Positions 1 through 11,612 of a stretch of 64,000 nucleotides of DNA are shown piece by piece. A program made the position numbers and the translations under genes. The stretch lies in the NCBI RefSeq assembly GCF_009914755.1, contig NC_060936.1. The stretch is one strand, 5' to 3'. The stretch is from the human T2T-CHM13v2.0 reference genome, Homo sapiens. Positions within the stretch are counted from its first letter, which is position 1. The number at the start of each line of letters is the position of its first letter. The notes under the pieces were generated by a model that made no database searches, was not told the DNA's origin, and saw only the letters and a list, made by a program, of their open reading frames with translations.

Positions 1-2304
1 GGTCTTTATATTGAAGAAAAATGTTAAGGACAGACATATATATTACATAAAGAAAACAATTTTCAAGACATAACTTTCAAAGTAATAGTACTTTTTATTT
101 TTTAGAGGAAGAAAATGTAATTACAGGAAATAAAGAAGTCGTTTGAACTTATCAATTATATTTTGATACATGAGATTGTTTTGTGGATTTCTATGTTTGT
201 AAATGAGAATATATAAGGTGATCAAATTTTATATTTCTATATTTCAATCATTATAATAAATACATATTACTTAACTCACCAAAAAGGATAAAGAAAGACT
301 AGTATTTTGAATTTTTACCAAGTATTTATCTATTTTTTATCTGAGGCTAATATAAAATTACTGTGTTTTTCATAGCACAGATTATGGGCAAAGAAAGGAT
401 AGCCATTTTAAGGTTTAGATTAATATACAGTCTGCAATCTAGAAAATTCTGTTCTCAGAATTGGTTCATTATTTCTTGAGCCTGAATCTATAAATTATTA
501 TTTGTTTACATTTTTTTCATTTTGTAGATCTACCTTCTGAGCACAAGTTAACCTCTAAATCTATTCAAAGATTACTGGGTTTGTTCATTCATTTTTTTAT
601 ATCTATACATTCTTCAATTATTATACAGCCTTTTCGCTGAATTATTTGTGCCCTAAGTGTTAGAGAATGTTAGGAATTTTCATTCAAATTGAGATATTTC
701 CAACATCGAATGATACTAGAAGACATTGAACGTTAAAATTAGCCAAGTAAATTAAATTTTCAAAGATTAGAGAGTTATTTTGCTCCTGCCAAATGTGCAT
801 GGTGGATAAACATTTGTAATCTTCCTCCAAAAATAGTTTTTAAAATGTTTATACATTTTATCATAGTTTATACTACTATGTAGGCATGGATAGTTATTAA
901 AAATATTGTTGTTGGCTTAATCATTAAAAAAGTAAAATATACATGTTAATTTATCTTTAATACTTTAAAATAAATACAAAAATGTTTTCTAAGAAACAGA
1001 TTAATATATGTGAAAAAATGGTGTAAAATTTTGTATTTTGTTTTTCTGATAAAATTGGTTTTAACAACTTTATCAAGTTCAAAAGTACATTTAGCAATGA
1101 AAACTACTTATTTTATTATAAAATTAATGCATCTAGAAATTGAAACAAAGTCATAATAAAGCAAAAAACCATAATCCCACAGGCTTAACTCAATGTTGTT
1201 ATAAATTTGTCAGTCATAAACATAATAACTTAATATGAAAAAATTCAGGGGAATGTAGCACTTTTTATTTTTTATTTGAATATATCTCCAATCTATCTAA
1301 GAAATTAATGTTACTCTTTCAGTTATGTTGTTAATTTTTAATCTGTTCTCTACTTTTTTCTTTGTTTAATTGCTTTTAAATCATATAATCTTCTCAATAA
1401 TGCCTTTATTTCTTTCAGTTATCCTAGTCCCCAGAATTGATGTTTTTCCATTTTCATCTTATAAATATCTTATAAATGACTCCTCACCATCAAATAAATA
1501 AAACATCTTTTATTTTACAAATGTACTTAAGAGTTGCTTACTAATAAAGTTGCATACTAGTTTGCTGTAACAGTATTTCATGTTTTACTTTTTCTAAACA
1601 AATTTTCTTCATATATATTATTCACATATAACCATCTATTTTAAAGTAACAGACTAAGCCAAATATTATTGAAGTTGAAGAAAAAATTAATATTCATCAT
1701 TTTAATAAATGAAGATATCATAATAGTGTCATTATACCATGGCTTAAATTTTCTTAGAGCCTTTGCTTTTAAAAACTATTAATAATAAGATTTTCACTTT
1801 TAAAATTTTGCTGCAGATTTTTTTATATATATATTTGGCCTCCTGACTTATGACAAAGATGTTGACCTCCCTTCAAAAAAAATAAGCCATGTTTTATTAA
1901 ATCTCAAAAAGAACACTTGGAATTGTTAGCTCAAGCTTCAAATATTTAAACATTAACAGAATACATTTAAAATATAATCCAATACTAATTTATATTAAAA
2001 ATGTTAATTTAATTAAGTGTTGTATATCATGGTATAAAATAGGTTTTATGTGATGTCCTTTTAAATAAAATGCTGGATTCAACAAGGCCACTAATTTCAC
2101 TTACAATAGCCTCAGAAAATAAAAACAAGAAAATTTTTCACCTAAGGAATATATCTTACCCGGGTATTCCTCTAAGAAAACTAGGATCAATCTTCACATG
2201 TTGTATGCTGTTTCCTCATGACATATTGAAAACACATGGGTTAAAGCTATGAGGACACAAAGCAAGCCCCTCTGCTCACTGCTAACCTGCATAGAGTAGA
2301 ATTT

Positions 2305-2400
2305 TGTTTTAAAAAATAATTTTTTATTAAATAATTTTTAAAATAATTTTAAATAATTTTTTTGTTTTAAAAAATTTCTTTTTTTTTGTTTTAAAAAATA
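2305..2400. repeat. A/T low-complexity tract with repeated TTTTGTTTTAAAAAA units
   Basis: Three copies of ttttgttttaaaaaa separated by aataatttt-type repeats. Confidence 0.7.
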
Positions 2401-2479
2401 AGACTAGGGTTCTAATTTGGGAGACCATCAAAACTGTGAAAATGAGTAATGACTCTGCTTTGCCTCCAATCTTCAATCT

Positions 2480-2625
2480 GTGCATTCGCATAACTCCCAC
2501 TGAAACTAATTATTTTGTTCTTCAATTATGTTAGTAGGAGTTGGGTATTCAGAAGTTTCAATTAAATTGACCATATTGAAGTCAATGGGAGTTCACTGAT
2601 GGTGGTGGGGGTTACACACATGAAG
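2480..2625. mobile_element. Possible ancient amniote palindromic DNA-transposon relic (PIF/Harbinger Chompy- or UCON-like)
   Basis: taactcccactgaa (2491-2504) and attgaagtcaatgggagtt (2575-2593) are inverted copies of the ctcccattgaagtcaatgggag motif that I recall from reptile Harbinger MITEs. Confidence 0.4.
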
Positions 2626-3094
2626 TAGATATAATATAGAATGGTAGAACTTGTTCAGGCTAGCCCCTTTATCAAAGAAATATGTTTCCTAAAATTAAAA
2701 GTGATTTATTTGTCTTCTAAGTTGGAGTTCCAGTTTTGTGTGTACTAAATGATCAAATTTTTTAAATGATTAAGAATATTTAAATGAAGCTTATACAAAT
2801 ATCTTAATTCTCTGTATTTATCATGTAAAATATATCTTATTCACATTTGTGATAATTCCATTTTTTTCCTTTTGGGTTCCTATTAATGAGTACTGCATCC
2901 TTGTTTGACTAAAACTTAACTAAGAACTTTTTTGCAAAGCTGATTAAAAGGGAGAGGAGGTGATCGTTGAATATACATACATCCTGTCCATTTATATATA
3001 AGGATTTGGCTGGGTATGGATGCCATGCCTATTAGGAAAGAGAACTATCAATGGAACAAGCTCTGAAAATCCTAGTAAAAGAAATGAGAAATGA

Positions 3095-3162
3095 CAGATG
3101 GATGAATAGAGAGATAGGTAGGTAGGTAGATAGATAGAGACATAGAGACGTAGAGACATAGA
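3095..3162 (+). repeat. Compound GGAT/TAGG/TAGA/TAGAGACA simple repeat
   Basis: gataggtaggtaggtagatagatagagacatagagacgtagagacatag. Confidence 0.8.
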
Positions 3163-3324
3163 ATTAATAAAAAAAAAGACTTCTGGAGTGTTATATTAAA
3201 TTTTAACACGCAAAAGTTCCAGAGTTATGCTGTTTCATTCAAAGAGAACTTCAAATATGCTTGCCACATATAAGACATTATTTACGCATTTCTATTTATT
3301 TTACTAAATTAATGTTAATTAATG

Positions 3325-3430
3325 TTTAGAACAATCCCATAGACCACAAAGCAATATCACTATTATATAGATGAGAAAACTGAAGTTTAGAATGTTAGAA
3401 GTCATGGTTCAAACCTTACTTTTGACTCTT
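3325..3430 (-). mobile_element. MIR SINE fragment
   Basis: Core-like tatagatgagaaaactgaagtttagaatgttag followed by ttcaaaccttacttttgactc. Confidence 0.6.
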
Positions 3431-3581
3431 GTTTCACTCTTCTTTATACTGTGCCACACTTGCTCATGAATCATCTCCAGAAGTATTGTACAGATGCAAA
3501 TCCACTGATAAATTATTTGATGAACATGTCATTCTCCATCTTATTGGACTTCAGTTGACTCTAAGTAGCTTAAGTGCTCTC

Positions 3582-3601
3582 ATATATATATATATATATA
3601 T
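3582..3601. repeat. (AT)10 microsatellite
   Basis: Read directly from the sequence. Confidence 0.9.
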
Positions 3602-4314
3602 TGAATCCCAAATCCTAGTTAAAATTTTATAAAAACTTAGGAAAGGAATGTGAGTCACAAGTGTCCACATAATTCAGAATGTTTATACCAATATTTTGCT
3701 AAGATGTGTGTAATCATTATTATATGTTTTAAATTTTATTTAACAAGATAAAGCAATGAGAAATGCTGCTGGAAAAAATATTTTGCCTAGACCAAGCCAC
3801 TCAAAATAACTTGATGCCTTGTCAAATCAAACCCTCAAAGTCCGTTCTTCCATAGATTTTTTTCCCATGTTTTATTATTGTCACATTTTTTTTCCTTAGC
3901 TAAAAGTGGTAATAAGAATTGGATACATGACAATCTCTGACATTGAACCTTAATGCTATTCCCAACACAATAGTGATTAATTAAACAAAAACCTAGAGTC
4001 TGTGTAATAAATCTCTTTAGAAGATTGAGGTACTCACATTATATTGCATAATATAAATCCACATAAAATAAAGCATAAATCATATAATTTTAATAAATGA
4101 ATATGACATCAATTTCAGTTTAAATAAAAATACTATAATATTTAGTCTTTCATTTCCAAATGAAATGAATACTTTTCTACAAAATAAGCAAAGACAATTG
4201 TCAAGACCTTCCCTTTTCTAGCTTTTGATGAGATTCCATATATGGCCTATATTTGTGGAGATTTAATAGTTAAGCTACTATCATAGATGATAACCACAAC
4301 CTTTATGCATCACA

Positions 4315-4677
4315 TGATGTGGTTTGAATTTGTGTCCCCACCCAAATCTCATTTCAAATTATAATCCCCAATGTTAGAGAAGGGGCCTGGAGTGGGGTGA
4401 TTGGATCATGGGGGAGATTCTCTTCTTACTGTTCTTGTGACAGTGAGTGAGTTCTCAGGAGATCTGGTTGTTTAAAAGTGTGTAACACCTCCCCCTTCTC
4501 TCTGTTCCTCCTGCTCTGGCCATGTAAGCTATGTCTGCTTCCCCTTTCACCATGACTGAAAGATTCCTGAGGCCTCCCCAGCCATGCTACCTGTACAGCC
4601 TTCAGAAACATATGCCAACTGAACCTCTTTTTTTTATAAATTACCCAGTCTCAGGTATTTCTTTACAGACTTACGCA
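4315..4677 (+). mobile_element. MSTA 5' LTR
   Basis: Starts tgatgtggtttgaatttgtgtccccacccaaatctc and ends ...ataaattacccagtctcaggtatttcttta, with a small deletion at the 3' end. Confidence 0.9.
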
Positions 4678-6312
4678 GAAAATTGGTACCAAGGAGTGGA
4701 ACATTGCTATAAAGATAACTGAAAACATGGAAGCAACTTTGGAACTGGGTAATAGGCAGAGGTTGGAACAGTTTGGAGGGCTCAAAAGAGAGAAAGATGA
4801 GAGAAAGTTTAGAACTTCCTAGAGACTTGTTAAATTGTTGTGACCAAAATGCTGATAGGTAAATGAAAAATGGACAATGAAGTCCAGGCTGAGGGGGTCT
4901 CAGATGGAAATGAAGAGCTTGTTGGGAACTGTAGTAAAGTTCACCCTTGCTATGCTTTAGCAAAGAAACTAGTGGCATTGTACCCCTGCTCTAGAGATCT
5001 GTGGAACTTTGAACTTGAGAGAGACAATTTAGGGTATCTGGAAGAAGAAACTTCTAAGCAGCAAAGAATTCTGGATGTGGTGTGGATGCTATAAATGGTG
5101 TATGCTCATAAGCATGGGCAAATAGATGACTTGAAACTGGAACTTTTATTTAAAAGGGAAGCAGAGCATAAAATTTTGGAAAATTTGCAGCATGATCATG
5201 TGTTAGAAAAGAAAAAACTGTTTTCTGGGGAGGAACTCAAGCCTATACAGAAACTTGCATAAGTAAAAAGGAGACAAATGGTAATAGCCAAGACAATGGG
5301 GGAAAATGCCTCAAGCATTTTAGAGACCATCATACCAGCCTTTCCCATCACAGGCCTCAAGGCCTAGGAGGGAAGGATTGTTTCACGGGCCAGACCCAGG
5401 GCCCCACTTCCATGCATTTTCCTTCCCCTCAGGACACTGCTCCCTGCATCTCAGCTGCTCCAGCTCCAGTTGTGGCTAAACAGACCCTGGATATGTTTCA
5501 GGTTGCTGCTCTAGAGGTTGAAAACCATAAGCATTTGTGGCCTCCACATGGTGTTAAGCCTGTGGGTGTGCAGAGGGCAAGAAGAAAGTCTTGGGAGGCT
5601 CCACCTAGATTTCAGAGGACATATGGAAGCACCAGGATTTCCAGGCAGAAGCCTGCTGCAGGGGCAGAGCCCTCATGGAGAACCTCTACTAGGGCAGTGT
5701 GGAGGGGAAATATGAGGTTAGAGGTCCCACACAGAGTCCCCACTCGGATACTGCCTAGTGGAGCTATGAGAATAGGGCTACGGTTCTCCAAGCCCCAGAA
5801 TGGTAGATCCACCGACAGCTTGCACAGTGCACCTGAAAAAGCTGCAGGCACTCATTGCAAGCCCTTGAGAGCAGTCATGGGAGGTGAGCCCTGCAGAGCC
5901 ACAGGGGTGGAGCTACCTGTCTTAGGAGCCCACCCTTTGCAACAGTGTGGCCTCGATGTGAGACATGGAGTCAAAGAGATCATTTTGGAGCTTTGAAATT
6001 GAATGACTACCTCTGGGTTTCGGACTTGCACAGGATCTGTGCACCCTCTTTATTGGCTGATTTTTCCTTTTAGAGTGGGAATATTTACCCAATGCCTGTT
6101 TCCCCATTTTATCTTGGAAGTAGTTAACGTGTTTTTTTTATTTTACAAGCACATAAGGCATAAAGGACTTGCCTTGTCTCAGATGAGACTTTGGACTGTA
6201 GAATTTTGAGTTAATGCAGGGATGAGTTAAGACTTGGGGCACTCTCAAGAAGGGACTATTGTATTTTCCAATGTGAGAAGGACATGAGATTTGGGAAGGG
6301 CCAGGAGTGTAA
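4678..6312 (+). mobile_element. MSTA internal region with decayed MaLR ORF (track ORFs 4870-5094 and 5412-5996)
   Basis: Typical MaLR-internal phrases (ggaagcaactttggaactgggtaataggcagaggttggaacagtttggagggctc; gagatctgtggaactttgaacttgagagag) and a polypurine tract before the 3' LTR. Confidence 0.88.
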
Positions 6313-6683
6313 TCATATGGTTTATAATTGTGTCCTCACCCCATCCCCCGCCAAAAAAAAAAACACTGGAGGAGGGGCCTGATGGGAGGTGATTGGAACA
6401 TGGGGCAGATTTCCCCCTTGCTGTTCTTGTGATAGTGAGTGAGCTCTCATGAGATCTGTTTAAAAGTGTGTAGCTCCTCCAACTTTTCTCTTTCTTCTGC
6501 TCCAGCCATGTCAGACATACTTGCTTCCCCTTTACCTTCAGCCATGATTGAAAGTTTCCTGAGGCCTCCCAGCCATGCTACCTGTAAAGCCTTAAGAACC
6601 ACCAGCCAGTTAAACCCTGTTTTCTTTATAAATTACCCAGTCCCAGGTATTTCTTTATTGCGGGGTGAGAATGGACTAATATG
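6313..6683 (+). mobile_element. MSTA 3' LTR
   Basis: Runs from tcatatggttt to gagaatggactaatatg and is homologous to the 5' LTR. Confidence 0.9.
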
Positions 6684-6715
6684 TCACACTATCTGCAAAT
6701 CTGAAGAAAAAGAAT

Positions 6716-6718
<3 letters not shown>

Positions 6719-6751
<33 letters not shown>
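6719..6751. repeat. (AC)16 microsatellite
   Basis: Read directly from the sequence. Confidence 0.95.
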
Positions 6752-6753
<2 letters not shown>

Positions 6754-6899
6754 TAACCACAGATACATCCATCTGTCCATGATCTTCTGCCTAATGTTTT
6801 GCTGTAAGTTTTTCTCAGTTTATAAATCCTCTAATGATGTAGCCAGGTTGGATACTTCACCATCATGCTCTTATTTTACCTTTTACGTAAGTCATCAGC

Positions 6900-7040
6900 A
6901 TAACACTTGACCATGTTGCATCAAAATTATACTTGAGATTATGAATAGCTCCAAATTTTGCTTATCTTTGTATTCTCTTTCTCTAACACAATGTACTCCA
7001 CATAAGAAGAGCTAAAAAATAATTGATTGAATTAAATTGC
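6900..7040 (+). mobile_element. L2 3'-end remnant
   Basis: cttatctttgtattc...aacacaatgtactccacataagaagagctaaaaaataattgattgaattaaat resembles the L2 tail. Confidence 0.5.
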
Positions 7041-7142
7041 CCAATTTACGTGCTGCAGCCCTGAATAATTCTACCTATGAACTAACTCTAAATTCACTAC
7101 ATATTCCTTGGTGAATTTCTGATGAATTTCGTGAATTATTAT

Positions 7143-7370
7143 AATAATGGTAACTAAATAACAATAATTGTCATTTTAGCACTTCCTATATATTAGCATT
7201 ACGTTACAACCCATAAATTACTATGTTTTATATGTTTTTCATAGATCATCATATTTAACTTTTATAATCATTCTATGAGACAATGAATTACTAGCATATT
7301 TTTCAGAGATGGAAACTGAGTTTTAGAGATGTTGAATAAATTTCTCAAAGACTCACAAAGTTAAAAGACA
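7143..7370 (-). mobile_element. MIR SINE
   Basis: Core cagagatggaaactgagttttagagatgttgaataaatttctcaaagactcacaaag. Confidence 0.7.
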
Positions 7371-7548
7371 TAAGTATTTATACTTTTTTATTGTTGCTTT
7401 TGATTGTCCAGATTTTTCAACATTTTGCTAAAGTGTAATTTAAAAACACTGTGCTAACTCTAAATTCCTTATTTTTTTCTGAGAAATCACTTTGTTTTCT
7501 TTACAAATATATACATAGAAGACACCGATGATTGTCTTTTGTTATTTA

Positions 7549-7627
7549 TATTGTCTTATGTCATATAATTATGATATTGTCTTATGTCATATGATTATGA
7601 TGATTGCCTTCTGTCATATGATTATGC
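7549..7627. repeat. 26-bp tandem repeat, 3 copies
   Basis: tattgtcttatgtcatataattatga / tattgtcttatgtcatatgattatga / tgattgccttctgtcatatgattatgc. Confidence 0.85.
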
Positions 7628-7629
7628 AT

Positions 7630-7875
7630 ACCTGTCCTTTTGAATTCAGTCTTGGCTAAAGTATTTTCTTTGGCTGAAAAACATCAATGATGTGATGTGT
7701 CACGTGTACACACAATCCCCTCTCTGATACAACATATGGCAATGACCTAGATAGTGGAGCACTGGATTTTGAAGAAGGAGTGGGGGGCAAACTTCTACTG
7801 CCCTCAAGTGAAAATCTTTTCTTTTTAAGCCACTGATATTTGGGGGATTATTTCTTACTGCTGCAAAACCTACCG
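7630..7875 (+). mobile_element. Old MLT1-type (MaLR) LTR remnant
   Basis: The 3' end tttttaagccactgatatttgggggattatttcttactgctgcaaaacctac is typical of old MLT1 LTRs. Confidence 0.6.
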
Positions 7876-7999
7876 AGTTCAAAGAGTTCACACGTCGTAA
7901 ATACTTGGCTTTAGACATATTTTAGCCTTAGTTAATTATAATTCCAATGGCATAGTGAGATATTAACCAAGAAAATGTGAAGGATAAAGACATAATTCT

Positions 8000-8325
8000 T
8001 TTACTAACAGCTACATTTAGGTATAATTTATGTAAAAAGAACCGCCCATATTTACTGTATACAATTTGATGGGTTTGGAGAGAAATACCTATGATGACAT
8101 AACCATAGTCAAGATAATAGGCATGATGAACTCTTTCCAAAGTTTCTCTGTGTCCCTTTGTTTTTGTATTGTTTTTATAGTAAGAACACTTAACATGGGA
8201 TCTACCCTCTTAACAAATTTTGAAGTACACAATATCATATTGTTAACTACAGGCATTATATTATGTTGCAGATCTCTATAACTTATTTCTCCATCATAAC
8301 TGAATTTTGTACTCATTGCACAACA
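8000..8325 (-). mobile_element. L1MA9/10-L1MB-type 3' UTR fragment
   Basis: gtaagaacacttaacatgggatctaccctcttaacaaattttgaagtacacaata...gcagatctctataacttattt. Confidence 0.75.
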
Positions 8326-11259
8326 GAAAAATAATACATTATTAATTCAAGTGCAAAGCAATTATTTACTAATAAAAGTTTATCATTGACATTAAAGAGT
8401 AATGAAAAGTAGACAGAAAGCTAGAAATAAAAAATGGAAATTTAATGAGTAAAGTTCTAAAAACAACTATTTTCAAAATGTGATGGAAAGTCTTATGTTA
8501 ATCTACAGAGAAATAAGGCTTCTTTCTATCATGATATAAATAAAAATTTGCTATATTTTCAAGTGTGTGTATGTATGTGTGTGATTTGTATTACAGCCTT
8601 GGGGGCCATTCCTGTAGGAGTCTTCTGAAATTATAACAGTGTAATGAAATAAACATACCGCAGACAGACTCATTTGCTGATGAGAGATTTGGGGCTCCAT
8701 TTGATATTGTACTCATATTTCATGTGACAAAATATTACTTTGAAAAATATTTGTCCACCAATCCTTTAGTGTTTCATTTTAAATAGATTTAGAAATTGTA
8801 AAATATGCAACAAGGTAATTTAGTTTAAAACTTTAAGACGGAAATCTGAGAACGTCAATCTGACAAAGAATCAAAGCTTAAATCAATGTAGAATTATACA
8901 AATGCATTTACATAAATATTCATGAAAGTCAAATTCTTGAATATTTCAAGACCCAAGTGCTATTCTAACCACTTTGACTTAATAAGTAACTTCAAATGTT
9001 TATTCACATATGTAAAAATAAATCAAACCATGATGTTACATCTATAAATGGTAAAATATTGTCTGAAAATCTAGTCATTTGACCATGTCTTTTGACCATG
9101 TGACACAAATTAATGTTTACTTTTTATAATAATTATATATTGTGTTATTGTCCTGACTAAAAAAGTCTTCACTAATATTATACGTAATATTGTTTTGAGA
9201 TATGAATTGCTAATATGTCTCATGAAACAAATCAGAAAATAAGCATCCTTATCTTTACAGATTTTTCAAATAAGACTCTACTTAACTGTGGTTGCTATTC
9301 TAGCATATTTTTCTTCTTCCCGTTCAGTGTCTTCTTTTACATAAAATTATATAGAGTTCCCTTTAATCAATTAAGAACCTGAAAGAAGATATAATACTAC
9401 TGCAAACAATTAAAATGTCTTGCAACACAGTTATTAAAATAAAGTTACATTTCAGCCTTGCATAAGACAAGATACACAAACAAAAACAATAACAAGTTCA
9501 TTGTCTAAAATGATAGTGACTAGTCTTCCTTTTCTGTTTTTATGTCTTCCATATTTAAAAGATATTGAATACGCAAACTCAGAAACATGTAAGCAAAGGA
9601 AAAATATTTAAGTTAAACAAGAGATAAATTACTCTTGTGAAATAAAATGAAAGTCAATACCTAAGCATTCCATTCCATTCAATGAACTTCAAAATAAGGT
9701 GAGATTGTGTCAAAATTTAATCTTTTCCTATAACAAGGATACACACAGGTAGAATAATAAGACAATTACATTGTGAATATTATTAAGATTTTTGCCATTG
9801 GTTTTTGGTTGCTTTTTTTTTGGTTTCTAATAAATGGGAAAAAATAAGTTCCAATAAAATATTAAAATATTACCAAACTTTATAATTGTAGTATATTACA
9901 AAGATTATTAGACCAGGACATACAAAGTTTTTTGACAAATCACTAAGAATATTTGTTTCAATGTCTTTACTTGTAAAATAGAATTTGAGATTGGATGAGC
10001 TCTAAAGATTTGTTTCAGTTCAAAATTTGCCTATGAAATGTTAAGATTACAGGCTAGTAGTTAGAGATTGAATTTTAGAGGCATTTGTATGTGTTCTGGA
10101 ATGATATCTTTAGTAAATAAAATAGTATTAGCCATTCTAAAGATTAACTATGTCAAAAAAGCAGTTTTGAAACTCTAAACAATATGCTCTCTTTATAGTC
10201 TTTCATTCCCTTGCCTGAATAAGAGAACTCAGAGACTGTCAGCAGACACTAAAATTATTTAGTGTTTGACACTTCAAATATCTGCTGGCAACATCCCCAA
10301 GATGATGTCAACTTCTTGTAGAGTATAGAACATTTAATACTCCCCCAGAGCATCTCACTTTCAGAGTTGGTGCACTTTTAAATATCAAGTGCACTAATGC
10401 CTTTCCCCCAAATGGTGACTAAAATCTTAAAAAGTTACGCTCTGATCTAAACAATGAATAATACTGTGCTATGGAAACATAAACTACATATTAAATATCT
10501 ATAAAAATATTTATAAAATAACAGATGATGTTTAAAAAATTATAGAAACAGCTAAACTCAGTTATAATATTTTAAAGTAAAATTATAATTTTTATAAGGC
10601 TGAATAATATTTATTTAGAGTATGTCTATTCATCCTACTTCTTAACTCCATGTTTCCCAGAGGCTTTATTGTAAAATAACAACATCATTTATTTAATAAC
10701 CATAGACAAAATAAGTTGTCCATATGCATCAATATTTCTATTAATAAATATTTTAAATAACAACTTGGCCTAATAGTTTTATAAAGAACACATTTTTTTC
10801 TGTCGTCTTAAAAAAAAGTTCCAAACATGATTGATATTTTTCTTACCAACTGCAGTACACTATTACAATTATCAAGTAATATAATTTATTGAAATATCTT
10901 AGAAATTCCCACTTGTATATGGAAAGACAAATGCTTCAACAATAAAGAACACCAATAGCAATGACCTTTGCTCATTTTTTGATTATAGAATATAACATAA
11001 ACTCATCAAGAAAATACTGTGAGTTATGAGAATGAAAGAAGCTGAGAAAAAGTAATCCATAAGTCACTACCTATCGCCATATTTCCTTTCTGACTTTTTT
11101 CTGTTTTTCAAATGCTTAGAGTATTATTTCCATAAAATTAAACATCCTGTATTTTTTCACTTAACACACAACTATGAGCACATTTGTATTATTTCAAAAA
11201 CATGATTTTAATGAAATAGTATTCAATTTTATTGTGTTAAAGCATATATTGCTGGATAA

Positions 11260-11445
11260 TTAGGTGGTCCCTAGGTTTTTCCTTCAGCTCATAATGTATG
11301 TTTTATTCTTAAGACAATAAATGTATACATATTTTATAATCTTACATAAAAAGTCATCTAAAGGAAGGCAGCCTAGTGACTTAGTAAAGTTAGGCCTGTG
11401 TTATGTTCTCAATAATTCTCTTTTCATGTCCCTTCCTATCTCACA
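11260..11445 (-). mobile_element. LTR33-like (ERVL) LTR, left part, interrupted by L1
   Basis: cttaagacaataaatgtatac...atcttacataaaaagtcatctaaaggaaggcagcctag; appears to continue at about 20070. Confidence 0.45.
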
Positions 11446-11449
11446 TTTA

Positions 11450-11612
11450 TTTTATTTTTTAAATTGTCAAAAAGCATTTGTATTTATCATGTGCAACATA
11501 ATGTTTTAAAATCTGTATGCATTGTGGAATGGCTAAATCTAGTTAACATATGCATTATTTCATGTGCATTTTTGGGGCGGACGACAACACTTAGAAGTCT
11601 CTTAGCAATTTC
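11450..11612 (-). mobile_element. L1MA6-8-like element, 3'-terminal part (continues at 19407)
   Basis: gcattgtggaatggctaaatctagttaacatatgcatt...aacacttagaagtctcttagcaatttc. Confidence 0.8.

Larger units (their letters stand above)
4315..6683 (+). mobile_element. Full-length MSTA (ERVL-MaLR) provirus: LTR-internal-LTR
   Basis: Two homologous LTRs flank an MST/THE1-type internal region that begins gaaaattggtacc. A 5-bp TSD TCACA lies at 4310-4314 and 6684-6688. Confidence 0.92.

Noticed and set aside
5412-5996. 194-aa ORF as a host gene
   Set aside because: It lies wholly within the MSTA internal region, and neighbouring parts of the MaLR ORF are broken.
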